Virus record (IMG/VR): IMGVR_UViG_3300044667_000249
Span: 1 to 44,986 of that record
Origin: a virus
Taxonomy: Duplodnaviria > Caudoviricetes
Strand: one strand, 5' to 3'
DNA: 44,986 nucleotides
The translations under genes were made by a program, and so were the position numbers. The notes under the pieces are model-generated. The model did not search any database. It saw only the letters and a program-made list of their open reading frames with translations, and was not told the DNA's origin. Shown here piece by piece: positions 33,470 to 41,457 of the stretch. The number at the start of each line of letters is the position of its first letter. Position 1 is the first letter of the stretch.

Positions 33470-34572
33470 GCCGCCGCCCTTTCCGACTGATTCGCGCCTG
33501 CGCGAATCATATCCACCGTCCGTCGTGCGGCATCAACCGCACAGGACAGCTTTCCACCGAAGATGCGGATCACCTGCTCGTCGATCTGCTCCACCATGGT
33601 GGGCCTGGCGTCGTCGTGGTCCCGGTCGGGCAGCACCGCCCGCACCGTGAACATGGACCCCACGTGCTCCGCCTCGGCGAGCGCCGGGATGAACCGCCGC
33701 CCGTCGTCCGCCATCACCCCGAAGCGGGAGTGCTCGGCGCACTCTGCCGCTGCGATCAAGCCCCGGTTGAGCCATGGGGCGAGGTGCGGCGGCACCCTCG
33801 GGCTGAGCCCGACGTTGCGCCAGTGGATGGCGTGCTCCACATGCCCCATGACATGCAGGCCGTCCGCTGTCCGCCCCCACGGGTCGATGCAGCAGAAGGG
33901 GCCGTCCATGATGACGACGCCCAGGCCCCGCAGGCGCTCGGGCAACCGCAGGATCGGCTTCTCCACCACCTCGAACTGGAGCGGCACGGTCGGCGCGCCC
34001 AGCTCGGCCGCCACCTCGTTGGTGGAGGCGTAGGCGGCAATGACGATGCGGTCGTATTCGGCCCTGAGGTCGGCCGTGGCCGCCTCGTAACGCACCTCAA
34101 CCCGTGCCTGCTCCAGGCGGTTGACCACGATGGCGCGCAGCCGGGCGAGATCGATGCGGTCCTCCGCAACGTTGAGCACACAATCGACTGCAGCCGGATC
34201 CACCAGCCAGCTCGTCTGCACCCCCATCAGGGCACGCCCGCGCAGGCCCGCCAGACGGCAGAAGGCCCCGTACCCGGCGGGTGTGACACGGCTACCCTCA
34301 CGTGCGATGGCGTAATACTGCCGCCCGGCATGGCCGATGACGGCCCGCCCGTACTCGGCCACGAACGAGCGCGCGCCGGCCTGCGCCTGCCGGGCCGTCT
34401 CGAGGGAGCGCGGGTAGTGGTAGCCCTCGTGCAGGCGGCCCTGGTTGATGCCGGACGCCGCTTGCATGAGGACGCCGGCGCGCTCGTAGAGCACCACGTC
34501 ATGGCGCTCGCGGGCGAGGTGGATGGCGGCGGTGCAGCCGAACAGGCCGCCGCCCACAACGGCGATGCGCAC
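33466..34572 (-). CDS. FAD-dependent oxidoreductase (DAO-like)
   Basis: RIAVVGGGLFG dinucleotide-binding motif, ASGINQGRLHEGYHYPRS, IMDGPF and GGK motifs. Confidence 0.88.
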   Translation of the reverse strand: MRIAVVGGGLFGCTAAIHLARERHDVVLYERAGVLMQAASGINQGRLHEGYHYPRSLETARQAQAGARSFVAEYGRAVIGHAGRQYYAIAREGSRVTPAGYGAFCRLAGLRGRALMGVQTSWLVDPAAVDCVLNVAEDRIDLARLRAIVVNRLEQARVEVRYEAATADLRAEYDRIVIAAYASTNEVAAELGAPTVPLQFEVVEKPILRLPERLRGLGVVIMDGPFCCIDPWGRTADGLHVMGHVEHAIHWRNVGLSPRVPPHLAPWLNRGLIAAAECAEHSRFGVMADDGRRFIPALAEAEHVGSMFTVRAVLPDRDHDDARPTMVEQIDEQVIRIFGGKLSCAVDAARRTVDMIRAGANQSERAAA

Positions 34573-34579
34573 AACCAGC

Positions 34580-35293
34580 CTACCTTCTGAACTCGGTTAT
34601 CCACGGATTGTGTGCCATCACCTCAGGCACCCACGGCTTGCGCTCGCTGGCGAAGGCCACGAGACGGGCATTGGCTGGCAAGTCTCCGTAGAACCCGACC
34701 CATGGGCGTCGCGGATGCGCAACGCGATAGATGCCGTGGCTCTCATCCCAGTAGGGGTTGTCCTTGCCGGCGTAGTCCGAAATCAGCCACTGGTCGTCCC
34801 TGGCGTGCGCAGGATCGAAGCTCTGCCAGATCACGCACATGGTCCCGGGGCTGTGCAGCATGACGGCCCCGTTGAACCAGGACAGCTTCTTGGCGTAGCC
34901 GACCTCAGGATAGGTCAGGAGCCATTTGCGCGGGTTGCGCCACAGGACGAGGCTCTCGTCGCGATCGACAATCGGCGTCAGGTCGCCGACGATCACGGTG
35001 TCCAGATCGAGCTGCAGGACGCGGTCACCCAGCACATCCCGCGCCCGTGGGTTGAAGGTGAACAGGCGCACGAAGCAAGTGCCCGGGACGTGCGTGGTCC
35101 AGTCGATAGGCACCGCCCGGATGGCGCTGTCGTCGGCGAACGCCTCCGGCCGGTCCGTCACCACCACGAACTCGTGCGGCATCGACAGATGGCGGGCGAC
35201 CTGGCGCTGGAGCAGGCGGGCATCGTCGGCCCGGTAGGCCGGGAACTTGCTGTTCTCGTCCGGCGCCCACAGGTAGGTCACGACCGACAGCAT
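34580..35293 (-). CDS. GT-A-fold glycosyltransferase-like protein (paralog 2)
   Basis: TYLW...LQRQVARHLSMPHEFVVVTD, VLQLDLDTVIVG (DxD), FNGAVM, DDQWLIS and KPW motifs; ATG at 35293. Confidence 0.85.
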   Translation of the reverse strand: MLSVVTYLWAPDENSKFPAYRADDARLLQRQVARHLSMPHEFVVVTDRPEAFADDSAIRAVPIDWTTHVPGTCFVRLFTFNPRARDVLGDRVLQLDLDTVIVGDLTPIVDRDESLVLWRNPRKWLLTYPEVGYAKKLSWFNGAVMLHSPGTMCVIWQSFDPAHARDDQWLISDYAGKDNPYWDESHGIYRVAHPRRPWVGFYGDLPANARLVAFASERKPWVPEVMAHNPWITEFRR

Positions 35294-35300
35294 CGGGCGC

Positions 35301-36005
35301 TCACCAGTTCGCCGCCGGCCGCTCGGCCAGCCTGGACTCCGGCGCCACCAGCACCTCGATGCCCCTGCGGCGCGCCTCCCACAGGAAATACTGTGTCCCC
35401 GGCCGCTGGTAGGCGTACTCGTTGTCGGACGACTGCAGGATGCCCCACAGCCCGATGGCCCCGATGCTCCTCGCCTCGCAGTCCACGATGGCCTTGGCCA
35501 GCATGTAGGCGATGGAGGAGGTGAACATCCACGGGCAGAACAGCCCATCGCCGACGGGCATGGGGATGGCCACGTCCTGGTAGACGCCCTCGGCCACCTT
35601 CTGCGTACCCCGCATGAGCGCGTCGGTGCCGTACATCTGCTGCTCGGGATAGGGACGGGCGCCGGGGAACAGGCCCGAGGCAAGCGCCCTCTGGTCGCGC
35701 ATCCACACCTTCGGCAGCTTGGCCACGTACTGCAGGTAGCCGTAGGGCCGGGAGTGGTGCTCGAGCGGGGCGTGGACCTCGAACCAGTCGTCCACGCGGG
35801 GAAGCTCGCGGGCCTCCTTGCTGGAGCCGAACGGGGTGTTGTCCGGGGAGCAGGCCCAGATCTCCCAGGCCGGATCGGCGAAGGGCGCCTCCATGGCGGT
35901 CGCGGGGTGCGAGCCGACGATGGCGATGCCCTTGATGGCGGCCTTGGGTGAGGACGCCGCGCTGGAGGCGCCGGCAGGGGTCACGTCGATGAGGTCGTCG
36001 AGCAT
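35301..36005 (-). CDS. Sialyltransferase/Maf-like (GT29/GT42/DUF115-type fold) putative glycosyltransferase
   Basis: IAIVGS...WEIWA, WFEVH and TSSIAYMLAKAI...IGLWGI...EYAYQR pattern; ATG at 36005. The fold call is from motif memory only. Confidence 0.6.
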   Translation of the reverse strand: MLDDLIDVTPAGASSAASSPKAAIKGIAIVGSHPATAMEAPFADPAWEIWACSPDNTPFGSSKEARELPRVDDWFEVHAPLEHHSRPYGYLQYVAKLPKVWMRDQRALASGLFPGARPYPEQQMYGTDALMRGTQKVAEGVYQDVAIPMPVGDGLFCPWMFTSSIAYMLAKAIVDCEARSIGAIGLWGILQSSDNEYAYQRPGTQYFLWEARRRGIEVLVAPESRLAERPAANW

Positions 36006-36102
36006 GCGTAAGCTGTGTCCTACTGGTGGGGTGAGGACGGGCGGCGCCGGTCCGATGGGCGCCGCCCGCCTTGGGTCACAAGGGCCGGGATCGCTGGCCC
36101 GA

Positions 36103-36930
36103 CTATTCGCCCGTGTCTCGCAGCGCGGAGACGTTGATCCAGTCGAGGTCGATGTTGTTGGCGCCGGCCTCCGAGGCGAAGGCGGAGAGCACAGGTACCA
36201 TCCCGCGGGTGGCGAGCACGGGGGACTGGATGCGGCCGATGGAGGCGCCGTTCTGGTAGAACGTCGCGACATTGCCGGCATCGTTGAGCGCCACCTCCAG
36301 CACGTCGTAGGTGTTGGCGACCGGGGCCGTGCCGGAGACGGGCGTCGCGTCCACGTCGGTGTTCACCGCCACCCCGCGCCAGACCTGGTTGGCCGGCGCC
36401 AGGGCCGCACCGCCGCCGAACAGCAGGCCCACCGCGTTGGAGGCCGGGGAGAGGATGCCGCCGCCGGTGTCGTAGACCGCCATCTGCCGCGCGCCGGTGT
36501 CGGCGAATCCGATGAACACGTTGGCGCCGGTGAGGCTGTCGATCTTGAGGCGGGCGGCGAGCCTCAGCTGGCCCTGGTTGGCCTTCCACTGCGGGAACAG
36601 GCCCGTGTTGAGCACCGCCGCACCGGCCGGCGTCTTGGCCGAGGTGGCCGACAGGGCCATGCGGAAGACGCCGTTGGTGAAGGGACGTACGCTGCCGCCC
36701 GCGCCGGTATCCGCCCCGGTGAAGGACCAGCGGTCGTCGAGGACATCGCCGAGGAACTCGTCCCAATCGGCAACATAGGCCGGCGAGCCCGGCAGGATGA
36801 TGTTGCCGCCCTGGCGGCCGACGGAGCGCTCGCCGCCGGCGGCGATGGCCGCGCGGCCGACGAGGATGTCCCGCGCCGTGAGGTAGGCGCGCTGGCCGTG
36901 CAGGGAGACCTGCTTCATGAAGTGAGACAT
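36103..36930 (-). CDS. Putative virion surface protein with beta-sandwich (ConA-like) domain; 4 DTG motifs
   Basis: 275 aa, AAAGGA RBS; DEFLG...W, ATFYQNG and IDLDWI strand pattern. Confidence 0.7.
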   Translation of the reverse strand: MSHFMKQVSLHGQRAYLTARDILVGRAAIAAGGERSVGRQGGNIILPGSPAYVADWDEFLGDVLDDRWSFTGADTGAGGSVRPFTNGVFRMALSATSAKTPAGAAVLNTGLFPQWKANQGQLRLAARLKIDSLTGANVFIGFADTGARQMAVYDTGGGILSPASNAVGLLFGGGAALAPANQVWRGVAVNTDVDATPVSGTAPVANTYDVLEVALNDAGNVATFYQNGASIGRIQSPVLATRGMVPVLSAFASEAGANNIDLDWINVSALRDTGE

Positions 36931-37028
36931 GGGGTGTCCTTTCCGATCCTCGGCTTGTTGGTGTGTGCTGGTGAGGAACGCTGTGGGCTACTGACAGTCG
37001 GGCCCCAAGCGGGGCCGACACGGGCCAT

Positions 37029-37253
37029 TCAGAGCGTGACGCGCTTCGTCACGTTGGCGGTGGGCACGCCTGAGATGCGCGGGGTGGCGATCACCTCGGG
37101 CTTCTCGCCTGTCGGCGGCGTGGGCGGCGTGTCAAAAAACCACGTCGTGCCCCACGCACCACCCCATGTCCCGCCCCAGGTATCGGTGCCGACCGATCCG
37201 GCCGACCCACCGGAGGCGCTTTGCGTGGTGACACGCTTGGTGACCGTGGTCAT
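37029..37253 (-). CDS. Small Thr/Gly-rich protein with WGxxWG repeats
   Basis: ATG at 37253 in a TGATG overlap; 74 aa; TWGGTWGGAWGTTW; VTKRVT at both ends. Confidence 0.7.
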   Translation of the reverse strand: MTTVTKRVTTQSASGGSAGSVGTDTWGGTWGGAWGTTWFFDTPPTPPTGEKPEVIATPRISGVPTANVTKRVTL

Positions 37254-38254
37254 CAGGTGCCCGGGTTCCAGCGGTTGTTGCCGCCGGTGTCGCCGGCCCC
37301 GATCACACGCACGTTGTTGACCTTGCGGATGTCGACCATGGCCCAGTTGCCGGTGTCGAACTGCAGCCGGCCCGTGCGCTCCTCGATCGCCGCCAGGCGC
37401 TCGTTCAGGCCGGTGTCGGAGATGGCTGTGAGCGTGCGCGAAGGCGAGGCCCAGATGCCCGTGTCGAAGGCGAAGGAGGTGAGCGTGCGGGCGCCCGCGG
37501 CCCAGACCGCGGCTGCATTCTCGGCCGCGCTCGGGTCGTTGAAGCCCGTGATGCCCGTGCCCTTGGCCAGGGCGATGTTGGTGCCGGCGGTCAAGGTGCG
37601 GCTGGCCGAGGCCCAGATGCCGGTATCGAACTGGAAGCCCGTGAGCGTGCGCGAGGCGTCCGCCACCCATACGGCACGGTTGATCTGCCCGGTGTCGAGC
37701 GCCACCGTGGCGGCAACCCCGAGACGCCCGCCGTCGAGATGGGCAGCCCCCGTGTCGCCCAGCACGGCCCTGAGGTCCACGTGCTGGCGGTAGGTGGGCA
37801 CCGTGGCGAAGGCCTGCTGCAGCTGGTTGGCTGCACCCGTGTCGCCGACGAGCCGGCGCACGTCGACCTGCGGGAAGCCGATCTCGAACTGCCCCGCCCA
37901 GAACCTAACCGTCTTGCCGTCGATGGTGACGGCGTCCACGGCCACCTGATACCAGGAGCCGGACTGATAGAAGCCGGTATCGTCGGAGGTGTTGAAGACC
38001 TGGATGGAAAAGCGGTTGAGCCCGACGCGGTCGCCCATCTGCCCGGTGTCGGAGATGAGGGAGTAGCCCGAGTCCGTCGCCCGGGCCGTCGGCTGTCCGT
38101 CGCGGAAGACCTCGATGTCCGTCACGGCAAAGCCGGACACGGCCTCGCTGTCGCCGCTGTCGTTGAACGCAGCGAACGGGAAGAACAGCGTATCGCCCGG
38201 ATTGGCCGCGGTGAGCCCGCCGGGGTTGCGCTTGCCGAGGTAGGGGACGGACAT
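37253..38254 (-). CDS. Putative fibre/appendage protein with W...RTLT repeats; 10 DTG and 2 DSG motifs
   Basis: 333 aa; duplicated AVW....RTLT.F.FDTGIWAS.SRTLT unit; TAATG-coupled to the upstream gene. Confidence 0.75.
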   Translation of the reverse strand: MSVPYLGKRNPGGLTAANPGDTLFFPFAAFNDSGDSEAVSGFAVTDIEVFRDGQPTARATDSGYSLISDTGQMGDRVGLNRFSIQVFNTSDDTGFYQSGSWYQVAVDAVTIDGKTVRFWAGQFEIGFPQVDVRRLVGDTGAANQLQQAFATVPTYRQHVDLRAVLGDTGAAHLDGGRLGVAATVALDTGQINRAVWVADASRTLTGFQFDTGIWASASRTLTAGTNIALAKGTGITGFNDPSAAENAAAVWAAGARTLTSFAFDTGIWASPSRTLTAISDTGLNERLAAIEERTGRLQFDTGNWAMVDIRKVNNVRVIGAGDTGGNNRWNPGT

Positions 38255-39174
38255 TACGCGGCAAGCCTCCGGTCAGGCGGGAGGATCAGGGCGGGGCGGC
38301 GCGCTGGAGTGAGGAGACCGCTGCGGTGCGCCGTCCAGCCGGCCATGGAGCGGCAAGAGCCGCGCACCAGCGACGGCCGGCGCAGATGCCGTCCCTCGAG
38401 CAGCCCGGCGCCAACCATGCGCCCGCCGCCCACCGGTGCCGGGGCGAACGCGGCGGCCAGATAGGTGCTCACGTCACCCGCCTCGGTATCGTTGAGCGCC
38501 CGGAGGTAGACGACCGCCTCATAGACCCGCCCCGCGAAGAAGCTGCCGGCCGCCGCGCGCAGCAAGGCGCCAAGCGCGAAGCGGTTGAACGTCGGCGTTC
38601 CCGACCGCACATAGTCCGGCGATCCGATGGCGGACTGCTCGGCCCCGTCGATCCACAGCGTCAGCGTGGTGCCGGTATCGACCACCCCCACAACATGGTC
38701 CGCGTTGTTGAACACCGCGGTCGTGGACAGATCGCCTGCCACGGTGGTGGCGGTGTGGAACATCACGGTGGCGCCGCGCACGAAGGCCGCCGCGCGGTTG
38801 CTTGTCGCCTGCCCCGACTGCAGCGGAGAATAGATCGGGCCGTTGTCTGCGCTGTTCCCCGCTGCGATGAGGCGGCGATCCGTGTTGGGATTGCCGCGCA
38901 CGGCAACGAACGCGGAGGTGGCGCCGGCCGCGAACATGCCAAGGTCGGCGTTGCGGAAGAAGTAGTCGTCGGTCCCGTCGAGGTTGACGTAGGGGATGCC
39001 GCTGTTGGCCTGGTACGTTGGGCCGTTGCCGACGGTGAGATGAAACGCATTGCCGCTCAGGTCATTCCAGCCGGTCGGCGTGCCGCCGTCGGCAGGAGAA
39101 CCCAACGAGGCGTGGTCGCGCGCCCGCACCCACAGGGCCAGGTTGGACAGGTCGGTCGGATCGTTGATGGGCAT
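38254..39174 (-). CDS. LamG/ConA-like lectin-fold putative fibre or receptor-binding protein; 1 DTG motif
   Basis: LALWVRA...WNDLSGN..H, LDGTDDY, LWIDG and FAGRVYEAVVY.RAL patterns. Confidence 0.75.
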   Translation of the reverse strand: MPINDPTDLSNLALWVRARDHASLGSPADGGTPTGWNDLSGNAFHLTVGNGPTYQANSGIPYVNLDGTDDYFFRNADLGMFAAGATSAFVAVRGNPNTDRRLIAAGNSADNGPIYSPLQSGQATSNRAAAFVRGATVMFHTATTVAGDLSTTAVFNNADHVVGVVDTGTTLTLWIDGAEQSAIGSPDYVRSGTPTFNRFALGALLRAAAGSFFAGRVYEAVVYLRALNDTEAGDVSTYLAAAFAPAPVGGGRMVGAGLLEGRHLRRPSLVRGSCRSMAGWTAHRSGLLTPARRPALILPPDRRLAA

Positions 39175-39206
39175 CGCGCGTCACCCCCGTCACGGGACAA
39201 AGGCCG

Positions 39207-39593
39207 TCAGCACCCCCGCACCCACACGTACAGCCGCCCCTGCAGCGCACCCCCGGAGGGCGTCACCCGGAGGCGCAACGCCTCCCGGTTGGCCACGAAC
39301 GGCTCCGGGCTGACGGGCGTGCCGGTATCCCCGTTGAGGTCGACGTTGCCACCCACGTCGTGCGTGGGCTGGCGCGGAGCCTTCAGCCAGCCGGGAGCCA
39401 GCAACCCGCAAGCCAGCACCGGGAAGGCCGGGCCGGTGTCGATGGCATCCACCATCAGGTCCAGCGCGATGGCCCCGCCCGTGTCGCCCCCCGTGTGGTG
39501 CCAGCGCACCTGGGCGATCTCCCCGTCCACGGGGGCGCTGCGCAGCTCGAAGGTGCCGGTATCGGTGACGACCGGGAAGACGTGGCGCTGCAT
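39207..39593 (-). CDS. Small putative structural protein; 4 DTG motifs
   Basis: 128 aa, AAGGA RBS, beta-strand pattern. Confidence 0.7.
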   Translation of the reverse strand: MQRHVFPVVTDTGTFELRSAPVDGEIAQVRWHHTGGDTGGAIALDLMVDAIDTGPAFPVLACGLLAPGWLKAPRQPTHDVGGNVDLNGDTGTPVSPEPFVANREALRLRVTPSGGALQGRLYVWVRGC

Positions 39594-39650
39594 GGATGTG
39601 TCCTTGGGTGTTGACCGCCGCCCAGCGCAGGTCGCTCGATTGAGGGACGC

Positions 39651-40133
39651 TCAGTTGAGCGCCGGCATCCTCTTGCCAGCCGCCGCCAGCAGCGACTCGA
39701 TCACCGGGCGCGGCACGTCGTACTCGCGGGTGACGTAGAACTCCTGCCGCTCGCCGGTTGCATCGGGGGCACCGATCCTGCGGCAGAACACCACCGCCAC
39801 CTTGCGCTCCACCGGGTAGACCTGCACCAGCACCCCCGATGGGTCGAGGCCGATGGCGGAGAGGGTGGCGACGCCCGGAAGCGTGGACGTGCGCAAGGTG
39901 CCGGGCATCAAGGTGACGGGGAGGACGGCGCCGGCCTTCTGGAAGGCCTCGGCCGCGATGGCTGCGGCGTCGTCGAAGATCTGCCGGCGCTTCTTGACGG
40001 GCCGGAACTTGCCCGGCGCGTCGAACTCCACCTCCACGTTGGACATGGCGGCGAGGTGGCGGTAGTCCACCACCACGTGCATGGAGCCTGCCAGGCCCTC
40101 GATCACCTCGCCGTTGACGCGATCCAGCGGCAT
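39651..40133 (-). CDS. Hypothetical protein (160 aa)
   Basis: ATG at 40133 just after the terS stop, with GAGGA RBS. Confidence 0.7.
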   Translation of the reverse strand: MPLDRVNGEVIEGLAGSMHVVVDYRHLAAMSNVEVEFDAPGKFRPVKKRRQIFDDAAAIAAEAFQKAGAVLPVTLMPGTLRTSTLPGVATLSAIGLDPSGVLVQVYPVERKVAVVFCRRIGAPDATGERQEFYVTREYDVPRPVIESLLAAAGKRMPALN

Positions 40134-40134
40134 C

Positions 40135-40911
40135 TCAGTCCTCGTCCTCCGGATAGTCCTGCGGCCCGCCATCAGCCCCACTGGCCGCCCCACTGGCCGC
40201 CCCGCCCGCGCCCCGGCCGGGCTCGCCGGCCGCCTCGTCACCCTCGGCCGCTGCGGCGCCGAGGGCGGTGCCGGCGACGGAGATCGTTCTTGCGAGCTGC
40301 GCCTCGGTGAAGATGCCGGCCAGCGTGCGGGCGAGGTCGCGGATGTCGGGCGCCAGCCCTTCCTTCAGGGCCTCGGCCTCGGCCTCGCCCTTCTGGCGGT
40401 TGTCCTTCTCGAACCACCCCATGTGCTTGCCGATCGCATCGAGCGCCGGCTGCTTGGGGTGGAAGCGCACCTCGAGGTTGCCATCCTTCGTCTGCTTCAG
40501 CGACTGGATCATCGCCAGCGCGTTGTCGGGGAGGTCCTTGCGCGCCTTGATGACGAGGCTCTGCCTCTCGCCGATGATCTCCTTGGTCTCCGGATCGCGG
40601 ATGACGATGGTCTCGCCCCAGTCCAGCACATCGTTGGACCGACCGAACGCGATCGCCGCCTGCTCGGCCAGCCAGCGATCGAGGCTGATCTCGTGCCTCT
40701 TGAGCTGCTTTGCCCGCAATTCATCGACGAGGAGTCGCACGGGAGTCCTGCGGAACACCTTCTTGGCTGATGCGTTGAGCGCGCTGCCCTTGAGCCGCGA
40801 CTTGGGGTAGCCCTTGCGGAAGGCATCGCTCATCGATGCCCCGGCGACGTAGGCCATGACGGCCACGCGCTCCTGGGGCGTGCACTCTCTCTCTGATCGG
40901 CGAGCGGACAC
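40135..40911 (-). CDS. terS: Terminase small subunit
   Basis: CTPQERVAVMAYVAGASMSDAFRKGY HTH-like start, LAEQAAIAF, IQSLKQTKDG and KQPALDAIGKHMGWF motifs; GTG at 40911 with TAAGG upstream. Confidence 0.85.
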   Translation of the reverse strand: MSARRSERECTPQERVAVMAYVAGASMSDAFRKGYPKSRLKGSALNASAKKVFRRTPVRLLVDELRAKQLKRHEISLDRWLAEQAAIAFGRSNDVLDWGETIVIRDPETKEIIGERQSLVIKARKDLPDNALAMIQSLKQTKDGNLEVRFHPKQPALDAIGKHMGWFEKDNRQKGEAEAEALKEGLAPDIRDLARTLAGIFTEAQLARTISVAGTALGAAAAEGDEAAGEPGRGAGGAASGAASGADGGPQDYPEDED

Positions 40912-41400
40912 GTGATGCGACCTTAGCGAGCAAGTGTGCGGGGTGAGGGAAGGAACGGCGCGCTCCCCGCCGCGCAACGGTGACTGCAGGCGATGGCCCG
41001 CCGGGAGGGTCGCCGACCGCCCCGCCAGCTCCTGGGACAAGGACCCGGCGGGGTAGCCCGATGGCAAGGTGTTGACAAACGAGCCCGCCTGCCGCGGCTG
41101 GGGATAGGGTCGAACGCGCCGTCCTTCACCCCTTCCGTGCTCACTCCAGAAACACGAAAGCCACCCGACTGGGGTGGCCTTTCCTACTCTCTCAGAGTGG
41201 GCAGCGAGGGCGGTCGGGCTACATGGCTGGGCTCCTGGTTCTGGTTCCGGATTGCTTGAGGCGCCAGCCGCCGCACTCGGCCTCGGCATCCCGAGGCCCG
41301 TTTGCCGTCACACCACGTCTTGCTTTCTGGGCTGAGTGGGGCGGCACGCAAGGCGGATCGCGATTCAACACAGCAGGAGGACCTGACTAGGCCTGCGAAT

Positions 41401-41430
41401 CATATAACCTATGCGATTCCTCCTGCGCAA
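41401..41430 (-). promoter_or_regulatory. Putative sigma70-type late promoter
   Basis: Minus strand TTGCGC-17 nt-TTATAT (or 18 nt-TATATG), in an AT-rich patch just downstream of the antiterminator stop and overlapped by a GAATC...GATTC inverted repeat. Confidence 0.6.
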
Positions 41431-41457
41431 GAGGTTCGATGGACGTAAGATCTCACC

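Noticed and set aside
36039-36067. GC hairpin between the DTG cassette and the enzyme cluster as a terminator
   Set aside because: The stem is real but has no U-tract on either strand; it may be a stability or processing element.
14632-39593. DTG as aspartic-protease catalytic motifs
   Set aside because: Up to 17 copies per protein in recognisable structural folds, without the usual hydrophobic-hydrophobic-DTG-(S/A) context or a protease fold.
14632-39593. DTG enrichment as a DNA-level repeat (CCGGTGTC)
   Set aside because: Synonymous codons vary at all three positions, and the peptide is confined to one functional class of genes.
41072-41077. Plus-strand TTGACA as a promoter
   Set aside because: There is no -10-like hexamer at suitable spacing.
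40912-41289. N-terminal extension of terS to 41289 as in the ORF track
   Set aside because: The extension is not protein-like and runs through hairpins; the terS motif starts just after the GTG at 40911.
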